Shown here one piece after another: positions 9,364 through 18,464 of a stretch of 24,908 nt of DNA. The notes under the pieces are model-generated. The model did no database searches and was not told the origin of the DNA. It saw only the letters and a program-made list of their open reading frames with translations. Source of the DNA: Gammaproteobacteria bacterium (GTDB lineage: Bacteria > Pseudomonadota > Gammaproteobacteria > HTCC5015); NCBI GenBank assembly GCA_036381555.1, contig DASVCP010000330.1:1-24908 (forward strand), given 5' to 3'. Both the position numbers and the translations under genes were made by a program. Position 1 is the stretch's first letter. Each line of letters starts with the position of its first letter.

Positions 9364-9780
9364 ATGGCAAGCAAACAATCCATACAAAAGCAGGAGCAAA
9401 TATTAATTCAGGGATACGATGCCGTGTTGAAGCAGGTGGCCGAGACGACCACGGCGGTGAGCGAAGCCGGGTATTCCATTCGCATGGTTTTTAAGCCCAG
9501 AGTGCTGCGCGAAGCCACGGAAAACCTGGACGCCTGTGCGGAGCGTCTTCGCAAACTGGACCAGCGGTTGAGCAGCATCACCCGCCTGCAGGGAGATATT
9601 GACGGCAAATTGAGAGCAATAAGAACTTTCTCGACCTTGTTCGACAAGGGTAACGTTGCCTGCATATCCCTGTGTCAGGGTTACCGGGCCATTCATCAAC
9701 TCAAGAATCGTCAGAATCTTTACGTTATCCTTGGAATCGTCGTGTTGGTGATTGCAGGCACGATTTTCTCCCTGCTTTAA
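9364..9780 (+). CDS. Hypothetical protein, helical/coiled-coil with a C-terminal transmembrane segment
   Basis: Clean 138-144 aa ORF filling the intergenic gap, with a hydrophobic tail LYVILGIVVLVIAGTIFSLL. The alternative start is 9346. I recognise no family. Confidence 0.65.
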   Translation: MASKQSIQKQEQILIQGYDAVLKQVAETTTAVSEAGYSIRMVFKPRVLREATENLDACAERLRKLDQRLSSITRLQGDIDGKLRAIRTFSTLFDKGNVACISLCQGYRAIHQLKNRQNLYVILGIVVLVIAGTIFSLL

Positions 9781-9786
9781 TACAAC

Positions 9787-9952
9787 TAGAACCTATCTCA
9801 AAATGTCGCGAGCGCCGTGTGCAGCGCACGCGGTAGACCTCGGTGGAGGCAAAAATGTCCGGAAAAGCGGAGTTCACACGCTAGTAAATGAGCATTCTGA
9901 GGACATTTTTAACGATGTATCAGCAAGCGCAGCAATTTTGAGATAGGTTCTA
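9787..9952. mobile_element. MITE-like non-autonomous element with TA ends
   Basis: Perfect 18-bp terminal inverted repeat TAGAACCTATCTCAAAAT / ATTTTGAGATAGGTTCTA (16 bp plus flanking TA), and an internal 10-bp inverted repeat AAAAATGTCC/GGACATTTTT. There is no transposase ORF. Confidence 0.8.
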
Positions 9953-9957
9953 ACAAA

Positions 9958-10062
9958 AGTATGAAGTATATGAGTATTGAAGTATGAGTATGTGAGTTCA
10001 AAAGTAGCGATTGATCTTTCCCGGCTTGAATAACTCTCATACTCAAATACTTTTATACTTCA
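9958..10062. repeat. Palindromic element with AGTAT-based 6-8 nt subrepeat arms
   Basis: Left AGTATGAAGTATATGAGTATTGAAGTATGAGTATGTGAG; right CTCATACTCAAATACTTTTATACTTCA. Positions 9962-9988 and 10036-10062 pair at 23/27. Confidence 0.75.
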
Positions 10063-10063
10063 A

Positions 10064-10312
10064 TTACCGTTCCGTTTCGTTTTCCTCCGGCGTCAGCGCC
10101 TGGATCGACAGTGCGTGCAGGGCGCCGCTGGCAATGGCGTCATTCAGGGCGGCATAAATATTCTGGTGGCGTTTCACTTTGGACATGCCGGCAAACAGTT
10201 TACTGATAACCGTCACCCGGTACTTGTAACCGTCGCCGTTGACCTCGATCCAGGCGCCGGGAAACCGGGTTGACAGCCGGTTCTGGATATCTTCGTTGCT
10301 GATCGCTTCCAT
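10064..10312 (-). CDS. bolA: BolA/IbaG family protein
   Basis: 82 aa with GDGYKY..TVIS..F.G.SKVKRHQ.IY and LHALSI.A.TPEE. The symbol denotes family only. Confidence 0.92.
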   Translation of the reverse strand: MEAISNEDIQNRLSTRFPGAWIEVNGDGYKYRVTVISKLFAGMSKVKRHQNIYAALNDAIASGALHALSIQALTPEENETER

Positions 10313-10320
10313 AAAATTCC

Positions 10321-11208
10321 TTACGTTGGTGCTTTTACTGAGGGAATATCCGCTGAAGTCAGTTCCAGGCTTTCCTCAATACCGATAAACGTGGCGATTA
10401 ACGGCATGATCCGTTGAAAGAGCCCATTCAGTTCGTCGCTGTAGAGCAGGCCGCGGTCTATACCTTCTGTCCAACCATAAATCGAATTTTTCAGATCTTC
10501 GGCGGAATGTACGTGTCGACCGATATCGTGAAGAATTTTTTTATATTCGGAGTGAGTCGGGAAAACATTCAACTGCTGGAAAAGCTCGTGCAAACCGGCC
10601 ATTAAGGGTTCGGCTTCCGGTCCGAGTTGAAAGTCGACCGGCTTGAAAGGCGCATCCCGTAGCGAACCGGCTTTCACCCAGACTTTAAAGCTGTGTTTTT
10701 GCAGGGAGTGATACAGCGGTTCCTCCGAAATCAAAAACACCAGCAGATTTTTGCGATTGGCGTAAAACGCGGTGTCGCGGTAATGCCATTCGTGTTCGAT
10801 CAGAAACCGGTAGATCCGTATATGATCCTTAAAGTCGGCGGCCTGCAGTTGGTCGAGAATCAGGATGGTTTTATCGGCTTCACTGAAGGCACAGGCGTCG
10901 TTCATAATCCGGTCAAACAGGCCGGCGGGAGGTTCTTCCTTGCCGTTTTGCTCCTCGCCACCTGGGTTGACCGGTTTTGGGGCCGGCAGCGGTTCTTCCT
11001 GAGTGAAATCATGGTAAAGGATATGCACAGCGTCCATTGAATTGGCCAGGGCGTTGGCGAACGCGGTTTTACGGCGCCCGGGTTCGCCCTCCACGTTCAG
11101 GCAACGCAAAGCGGGGCCGGGAATGCTTTGCAGGCAGCGAACGATATAGTCGTAGCGCTCATTCGACTCGAAACCGTGTTCCGCCATTTTTTGCTGCAAA
11201 GTGATCAT
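10321..11208 (-). CDS. Degenerate AAA+ (MoxR/CoxD-like) protein
   Basis: P-loop-like LNVEGEPGRRKTAFANALA and Walker-B-like ILILDQ. The order of motifs matches CoxD-type MoxR ATPases. Confidence 0.65.
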   Translation of the reverse strand: MITLQQKMAEHGFESNERYDYIVRCLQSIPGPALRCLNVEGEPGRRKTAFANALANSMDAVHILYHDFTQEEPLPAPKPVNPGGEEQNGKEEPPAGLFDRIMNDACAFSEADKTILILDQLQAADFKDHIRIYRFLIEHEWHYRDTAFYANRKNLLVFLISEEPLYHSLQKHSFKVWVKAGSLRDAPFKPVDFQLGPEAEPLMAGLHELFQQLNVFPTHSEYKKILHDIGRHVHSAEDLKNSIYGWTEGIDRGLLYSDELNGLFQRIMPLIATFIGIEESLELTSADIPSVKAPT

Positions 11209-11236
11209 GTGCTTTTCCCTATCCCATATCGGCGGG

Positions 11237-11737
11237 TTACCAGCGATATTTATTCCACAGCTCCGGATTGGCCCAGTTTTTGGCGTTCAGCCAGTCAGGC
11301 ACGTTCTTGTAACTGAGAATATTGTATTCATAAAGGTGGCGACCGTCAGGATATGCCGCCAACTGTGTCATGCCGTAAGCAATCAGTTCGGCGTCTTGCC
11401 ACTTGCTTTGCACGCAATCCCCGGTTTGACCCGGATCAACAGCCACCAGCGCTAACAGGCGCCGGCTGTACAAATCGCGGAGCCGGGAAATAACGATTCC
11501 CGCCAGGGTTTTCTCCAGGTACTCGAGAGTGTTACACAAAACGGCGACATCGTGTTGACCCGAGGAAGCGATTTCCTCAAGCAGATCCCCGCCGTGTATG
11601 CGCCGGACTTTCCATTGCGGATGCTGGCGCAAATGTAAATCGAGGCTGTGCGGCTCCTTAAGATCGATCACCAGCAGGTTTTCCGGCGCAATTTCCTCGA
11701 TCAGTTGGACAATGTCTGTTTCGGCGGGATAAGGCAT
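11237..11737 (-). CDS. DUF6231-like protein (methyltransferase-like fold)
   Basis: The C-terminus YKNVPDWLNAKNWANPELWNKYRW matches the family's conserved tail as I recall it. DVAVLCNTLEYL resembles a class I methyltransferase motif. Confidence 0.75.
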   Translation of the reverse strand: MPYPAETDIVQLIEEIAPENLLVIDLKEPHSLDLHLRQHPQWKVRRIHGGDLLEEIASSGQHDVAVLCNTLEYLEKTLAGIVISRLRDLYSRRLLALVAVDPGQTGDCVQSKWQDAELIAYGMTQLAAYPDGRHLYEYNILSYKNVPDWLNAKNWANPELWNKYRW

Positions 11738-11889
11738 ATCATCAGCAGTAGCTTTTATGGGATGAAGAATAATTGTGCCATGTTTTAATGGAAACGGTTT
11801 ATTAACCGACGCTCAAAAAAGAGATTCCGGACGATTTTAAAGAGGTTTGTGTTTATAGTATGAAAAGTTATGGCGGGAAACCAAAGGTT

Positions 11890-12870
11890 ATGAAGTCTTA
11901 CCGAGCGCTGGTTGTGCACGAATCGGGCAATCGCCTGGAAGAACGTCCTGTGCCGCAGGCGGCACCGGGTGAAATATTGATCGAGGTTCATTACTCCAGC
12001 TTGAACTACAAAGATGCTCTGGCGTTGTCCGGCAAGGGAGGCATTATGCGCAAGTTGCCTCTGGTGGCGGGAATTGACGCGGCCGGACAGGTGACGGCAA
12101 CCGGAGACGAACGTTTTGCCATAGGCGATGCGGTGCTGGTAACGGGATACGAACTCAGCCAGGCGCACGACGGCGGGTACGCCGAATATCTATGCGTGCC
12201 CGCCGACTGGGTGGTGCCTTTGCCGCAAACTCTCAGTTTGTTCGAGGCGATGGCATTGGGTACGGCGGGCTTCACCGCCGGTCTTGCAATCCAGCGTCTG
12301 TTGGATAACGGCCAGGACCCGGACCTGGGCTCTGTCGTAGTGACCGGTGCGACCGGCGGCGTGGGCAGTATCGCCATCGATTTGCTCGCCGGGCTGGGGT
12401 ACAAGGTTACCGCGATTACCGGGAAAGCCGACAGCGGCAAAAACTATCTGACGGCTCTGGGTGTCGCCGGGTTGATCGACCGGCATGATCTGGAAATGGG
12501 CATGCGACCCTTGGAGAAGGGAATGTGGGGCGGCGCCGTAGACACGGTGGGCGGCAAAATTTTGTCCTGGTTGACGCGCACGACCCGGGCTCACGGCAAT
12601 ATCGCCTGCTGTGGACTGGCCGGCGGCGTTGAAATCGAAACGACCGTGATGCCTTTTATTCTGCGCGGGATCGCGTTGCTGGGGGTGGATTCCGCCACTT
12701 GCCCCATGTCGTTGCGGCGGCACTTATGGAACCGGCTGGCCGGCGACATGCGGCCGCGGCATTTGCGGCAAATTGTTGCCGGTACTGTCCCTTTGACGGA
12801 TGTGGAGGCTGTGGCCGAAATGATGCTGGCCGGTAAGATACAGGGGCGTTATGTTGTGGCAATCAGATAA
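11890..12870 (+). CDS. acuI: YhdH/AcuI family oxidoreductase (acryloyl-CoA reductase-like)
   Basis: Motifs YSSLNYKDALA, GIDAAG, AMALGTAGFTA, VVTGATGGVGS, FILRGIALLGVDS and GRYVV. ATG at 11890 has an AAAGG ribosome-binding site; the alternative is 11860. Confidence 0.88.
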   Translation: MKSYRALVVHESGNRLEERPVPQAAPGEILIEVHYSSLNYKDALALSGKGGIMRKLPLVAGIDAAGQVTATGDERFAIGDAVLVTGYELSQAHDGGYAEYLCVPADWVVPLPQTLSLFEAMALGTAGFTAGLAIQRLLDNGQDPDLGSVVVTGATGGVGSIAIDLLAGLGYKVTAITGKADSGKNYLTALGVAGLIDRHDLEMGMRPLEKGMWGGAVDTVGGKILSWLTRTTRAHGNIACCGLAGGVEIETTVMPFILRGIALLGVDSATCPMSLRRHLWNRLAGDMRPRHLRQIVAGTVPLTDVEAVAEMMLAGKIQGRYVVAIR

Positions 12871-12886
12871 AGGGGAGCACTGAAGG

Positions 12887-13087
12887 TCATTTTCGGAAAA
12901 ACCAAAGAATAACCGAGACTACGACACTGACGAGAATCATCGTGGTGATGGGAATATAAACCTTCAGCCCGGGCTTATCGATAATAATGTCACCCGGCAG
13001 TTTACCCAATGGCAACTTGCCGAGTATCGGCCAGGCGATACCCGCCATTAAAATGACAAGACCCAGAATGATTAGAATTTTCTGCAT
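12887..13087 (-). CDS. DUF2905 family small membrane protein
   Basis: 66 aa with two hydrophobic helices flanking LGKLPGDI...YIPITT. Confidence 0.85.
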   Translation of the reverse strand: MQKILIILGLVILMAGIAWPILGKLPLGKLPGDIIIDKPGLKVYIPITTMILVSVVVSVILWFFRK

Positions 13088-13147
13088 AGGTTTATTGTTA
13101 CAATATTGAAAAAGCAATAGCAACTTTATAAGTGGGGGAATGAAAAG

Positions 13148-13642
13148 ATGTCTGTATGCCCGTGCGGTTCCGGCGTTGCCTTGGTCGAATGCTGCGAACC
13201 TTATCTGAAAGGGACCGCCAAAGCGCCTACCGCCGAAGCCTTGCTGCGTTCACGCTACACGGCTTTCACGCAGGCCGATATCGATTATATAGCCCGTTCG
13301 CACCATCCCAGTACTCGAGGTCAGCTCGATATTGCCGGAACCGAGCAGTGGGCAAAAAACGCCGAATGGCAGGGGTTGGAGCTGTTGCAGGTTACCGACG
13401 GGCAGGCCGGCGATCAGCATGGGGAAATTGAATTCAAGGCGCGCTACCGTATCAAGGGCAAGGACTGCGTATTGCACGAACTCAGTCAGTTCACGCAGAA
13501 GCAGGGTGAATGGCTGTATGTTGACAGCCGCCTTCCGGAGATTCAGCAGTACATCCGGGAAGCGCCCAAGGCCGGCCGCAACGACCCTTGCGCTTGCGGC
13601 AGCGGCAGGAAGTATAAGAAGTGTTGCGGGGCAAGAGCCTGA
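13148..13642 (+). CDS. ychJ: YchJ family SEC-C motif protein
   Basis: N-terminal CPCGSG...CC, the motif [12 protein letters not shown], and a C-terminal [18 protein letters not shown]. Confidence 0.93.
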   Translation: MSVCPCGSGVALVECCEPYLKGTAKAPTAEALLRSRYTAFTQADIDYIARSHHPSTRGQLDIAGTEQWAKNAEWQGLELLQVTDGQAGDQHGEIEFKARYRIKGKDCVLHELSQFTQKQGEWLYVDSRLPEIQQYIREAPKAGRNDPCACGSGRKYKKCCGARA

Positions 13643-13649
13643 ATGTGAT

Positions 13650-14024
13650 TCAGGCTTTCCAGACAGCAACCGCCAGCAGCAGCCAGCCGGCGATAAAACA
13701 CAGTCCGCCGACGGGCGTAATCGCGCCAAGTATTCGCAGGCCGGTGACCGACAACAGGTACAGGCTGCCCGAAAAAAGCACGATCCCCGCCAGCATGGCG
13801 CCGCCGCTGTACTTCAATAACGGGCTTGAGGGTATTTGCAGCATCAACACGCCAACCGCCAGTAATCCCAGTGAGTGGTAGAAATGGTACTGCGAGGCGG
13901 TTTGATAGACTGCCAATAGTTCCGGGTTTAACTTTGCTTTAAGCGCATGCGCGCCGAACGCGCCGAGGATAACGGCGAGCATCGCGTTAAGGCTGCCGAG
14001 TAACAAAAAGGTTTTTGCAGACAT
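13650..14024 (-). CDS. DUF423 (YgdD/TMEM256) family membrane protein
   Basis: Motifs AVILGAFGAH, TASQYHFYH, FSGSLY and GAITPVGG. Confidence 0.92.
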   Translation of the reverse strand: MSAKTFLLLGSLNAMLAVILGAFGAHALKAKLNPELLAVYQTASQYHFYHSLGLLAVGVLMLQIPSSPLLKYSGGAMLAGIVLFSGSLYLLSVTGLRILGAITPVGGLCFIAGWLLLAVAVWKA

Positions 14025-14067
14025 GTGCTTTCATCCACGGTTAAGAGCCAACTCAAATCCTGATAAT

Positions 14068-14333
14068 CTCACGCAAAGGCGCGAAGGCGCAAAGGAAATA
14101 AAAAATGAGTTGCTATTCTATTCATGACTGCCGGAAATGAAGTGAAGAGCGCTCTGTGTGAAGGAAGGATACTTTAGGAATGATTAGATATGTATTCGAC
14201 AGGTAAGAAGATTTTGCTTCCTGGTTTTACCTTTCAATGCTCTGCCAGCTTTTAACCCTTCGCGACTTAGCGCCAACGTTCAGGGACGAACTAATGCCGC
14301 GTAGGCAGGAGCCGAGAGCGGTATTTGCGTGAG
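14068..14333. repeat. Palindromic intergenic cassette, CGCAAAG-arm variant, copy C (right arm interrupted)
   Basis: Left arm 14068-14095 is CTCACGCAAAGGCGCGAAGGCGCAAAGG. The right arm is split into 14257-14274 (15/18) and 14324-14333 (10/10) by a 49-bp insert. Confidence 0.82.
14275..14323. repeat. 49-bp insertion with a GGA-loop hairpin inside the right arm of copy C
   Basis: Removing 14275-14323 restores a contiguous 28-bp arm. The insert has ATGCCGC...GCGGTA(T) and GGC-AGGA-GCC stems. Confidence 0.65.
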
Positions 14334-14352
14334 GCCATTTTATAAATTCAGC

Positions 14353-15132
14353 TCAGATAAACAGCTTGGTCACGTAAATATCGTAACGTGTATTTTTGCT
14401 CTCGATTGCCACCGTCGGCTTAGGTCCGGCCAGGGGTTTGGCGGAACGGGGGCGTTTGACCACCACGCGTTCCTTCGCGGTTTTCAAGGCGGTGGCCAGC
14501 AGGGCCGGCGCTTCCTCGTCGTCACCGACTATGGCGCGCGCGTAGCGCATTTCTTTTTTGACCAGCGCGGACTTGCTGCGATGAGGGTACATGGGATCCA
14601 GGTAAACGACGTCAGGCCGGTCGGCTTCGGCGGGTTGCTGAAAGTAAATTTTGCTGTCGGCATGCACCAGTTGCATGTGGTCGATGATCGGCGCGATTCT
14701 TACGTTGAGCCTGGCGCGCGCCAAGCCGTCTTCTAGCAGTGCAGCGAAAACCGTTGAGCGCTCCACCAGTGTGATTCGGCAGCCCAGCGCAGCCAGCACG
14801 AATGCATCCCGTCCCAGTCCGGCCGTGGCATCGATAACATAGGGCGGATGGCCGGTTTTAATGCCGACTGCCCTGGGTAACGGTTGTTGTTTGCCGGTGG
14901 TGGCGCGCCGATGGGCGGCCTTGCCGCCGGTAAAGTCGACGAATACCGGTCCGGGGGCCCCGGGATTCAAATCCTGAAGTTCCAGGTACTCCGGTCCCAG
15001 GTACAGACGGTAAGGCGTTTCGCTCTTCTTTTCCGCGAGTGACAGATTAAATCGCTTTGCCAGCGCTTCCGCATCGCGTAGTCGTGAAGGATGGGCGGTC
15101 AGCGGAAAAGGCGTGCCATCAGTTGCGTGCAT
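14353..15132 (-). CDS. rsmJ: 16S rRNA m2G1516 methyltransferase RsmJ (YhiQ)
   Basis: Motifs VFVDF, VIDATAGLGRDAFVLA, DVVYLDPMYPHR.KSALVKKEM, RVVVKRP and RYDIY. Confidence 0.93.
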   Translation of the reverse strand: MHATDGTPFPLTAHPSRLRDAEALAKRFNLSLAEKKSETPYRLYLGPEYLELQDLNPGAPGPVFVDFTGGKAAHRRATTGKQQPLPRAVGIKTGHPPYVIDATAGLGRDAFVLAALGCRITLVERSTVFAALLEDGLARARLNVRIAPIIDHMQLVHADSKIYFQQPAEADRPDVVYLDPMYPHRSKSALVKKEMRYARAIVGDDEEAPALLATALKTAKERVVVKRPRSAKPLAGPKPTVAIESKNTRYDIYVTKLFI

Positions 15133-15167
15133 AACGTCAGTAACGATGAAAAACCGGTGTGTTTTTC

Positions 15168-15342
15168 CTCGCGCTGAGACGCAGAGAAAGGAAGCTTTGT
15201 ACGTGATGGGCTAAATAAAGCCTGACCTTTGCTGACCGCGTTCCGGTCCGGGGCTGTTTTGCCTCTTGGAAACCGACCTGTCAGAGGCCTCTTTATTTTT
15301 CTAACTCTCATGGATGCCGGCGTCTCCGCGTCTCAGCGCGAG
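15168..15342. repeat. Palindromic intergenic cassette, CGCWGAG-arm variant, copy D (175 bp)
   Basis: Left arm 15168-15187 CTCGCGCTGAGACGCAGAGA and right arm 15323-15342 are inverted repeats (19/20). Confidence 0.82.
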
Positions 15343-15353
15343 ATAATGCTTTT

Positions 15354-15551
15354 TTAATAATGAGGCGGTTTTTCGTGTTTGGGGTCAATGTTCGAGTCAT
15401 ACATTTCCCGCAGATGCTGCTTGAACAACGCCAGTTGATTCTCCAGCGCGGTGATCTGCCGCTGTTGCTCAACAACCGCATTGTTCAACGTTTCGTGCGC
15501 CGCCTCCAGGTGGGCGAGCTTGATTTCCACTTCGGTCAGCCGGTCGTCCAT
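15354..15551 (-). CDS. slyX: SlyX family protein
   Basis: 65 aa coiled coil with RLTEVEIKLAH.E...E.LN..VVEQQ.QI and the C-terminal EKPPHY. Confidence 0.93.
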   Translation of the reverse strand: MDDRLTEVEIKLAHLEAAHETLNNAVVEQQRQITALENQLALFKQHLREMYDSNIDPKHEKPPHY

Positions 15552-16045
15552 CAGCGAAATGCAGGCAGGAAGCGATAGTGTATGTCACGCATGATGGCGG
15601 CCACCCATGGCCACAGGATCATGCTGATGAAGGACGGCATAAAGTAAATAAACAGGCTGGCCGGCGCACGGTTGGTGATACCGTAGATCCATAAAAACAG
15701 CAGTTGTTTTGCCAGCAGCACAAACATAACGATGATGCTTTGCTGGATGGGCGGATAAATCCGGAAGCGCTGATGGTTTTTCAGGATGATGAAAGTCAGC
15801 AAGGTCAACCCCAGGGCGTGCTGCCCCAGCAGGGTTCCCATGGCCACATCCAGCAGCAGTCCGAGTGCCAAGCCGGTGCCGAGGCCGGCATGGAACGGCA
15901 GCGCCATGCACCAGTATATGAGTATCAGCGACACCCAGTCCGGTCTGAACGGCTCCGCCCAGTCAGGTAGCGGGAAAATCATCAGCATCAGGCCGACCAG
16001 CAAAGAGAAGTGGATTACCCAAAAAATACGCAGCCGGTTATTCAT
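15551..16045 (-). CDS. mreD: Rod shape-determining protein MreD
   Basis: Motifs PLPDWAEPFRPDW..L..IYW, GLLLDVAMGTLLG.HAL and WPW. It follows mreC. The start is 16045; the ORF-track extension is spurious. Confidence 0.93.
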   Translation of the reverse strand: MNNRLRIFWVIHFSLLVGLMLMIFPLPDWAEPFRPDWVSLILIYWCMALPFHAGLGTGLALGLLLDVAMGTLLGQHALGLTLLTFIILKNHQRFRIYPPIQQSIIVMFVLLAKQLLFLWIYGITNRAPASLFIYFMPSFISMILWPWVAAIMRDIHYRFLPAFR

Positions 16046-16880
16046 GGTATTCCGGCTGTTGGTTGGGCCAGACCAGCAGTACTTCGCGGCTGCGATCCAG
16101 TTCGGCGGTGGGCGTGGCGGTAACTTTGGCGAAGGGTAATCCGGGCTGAATGACGACTTCGGCGATGACGGCAACCGGATAGTTGGGCGGAAAGCGCCCG
16201 CCCAGCCCCGACGAGATCAGCAGGTCGCCCGGCTTCAGGTCGGTATTGTTGGGAATATGCAGCAGGTCCAATTCGTTGGGGTTACCCTTTCCCTGGGAGA
16301 TGGTGCGCACACCGTTGCGATTATTTTGTACGGGCAGGGCGTGACTTGGGTCGGAAATCAACAGTACGTCGGCGGTGTATTGATAGACTTCAACGACTTG
16401 CCCCAAAACGCCTTTCGCATCAATCACGGGTTGCCCGGGGTATACATGGTGAACCTTGCCTTTATTGATCACGATCTGTTGCTTGTAGTAATCCTGGTCG
16501 ACCCGCACGACTTCCGCAATCAGAATATCTTCGCCAACCTGGGATGAGGCCCGTAACAGTTCCCGCAGCCGCGAATTTTCCTGTTGCAGGCTCAGCAACT
16601 TTAGTTGTTGCGCCTTCAGTTGCAGGTTTTCATCGTACAGGCGGGCGTTCTCCTCCATAATCGATTGATGAGCGGCCATGGAATTGCCGGACCATTCCAG
16701 GAACCGCGAGGGCAGGGAGACGATGTACTGCATGGGATAAACAAGATAGGAGCCAAGCGTGCTGCGAAAGCCTTTCAGCGCATCGTTGCGGTGATCGATG
16801 GTCATCAGCACAAGGCACAATACGCTGATGACAACCAGGCGAAATGTCAGGCTGAGGTTTTGTTGGAATAGCGACTGCAT
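16038..16880 (-). CDS. mreC: Rod shape-determining protein MreC
   Basis: N-terminal transmembrane segment, coiled coil ENSRLRELL, GVLGQV, and GDLLISSGLGGRFPPNYPVA. Confidence 0.95.
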   Translation of the reverse strand: MQSLFQQNLSLTFRLVVISVLCLVLMTIDHRNDALKGFRSTLGSYLVYPMQYIVSLPSRFLEWSGNSMAAHQSIMEENARLYDENLQLKAQQLKLLSLQQENSRLRELLRASSQVGEDILIAEVVRVDQDYYKQQIVINKGKVHHVYPGQPVIDAKGVLGQVVEVYQYTADVLLISDPSHALPVQNNRNGVRTISQGKGNPNELDLLHIPNNTDLKPGDLLISSGLGGRFPPNYPVAVIAEVVIQPGLPFAKVTATPTAELDRSREVLLVWPNQQPEYHE

Positions 16881-16907
16881 CGCTCCTCCGGCCCGCCCAG
16901 GCGGGGA

Positions 16908-18463
<1,556 letters not shown>

Positions 18464-18464
<1 letters not shown>

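Noticed and set aside
11736-11790. TGGCAC on the minus strand upstream of DUF6231 as a sigma-54 promoter
   Set aside because: The -12 GC is absent at the required spacing (TTCT instead of TTGC).
11860-11901. Duplicated MKSY at the acuI N-terminus as a tandem duplication
   Set aside because: The nucleotide sequences differ (ATGAAAAGTTAT versus ATGAAGTCTTAC). It is most simply a downstream true start plus coincidence.
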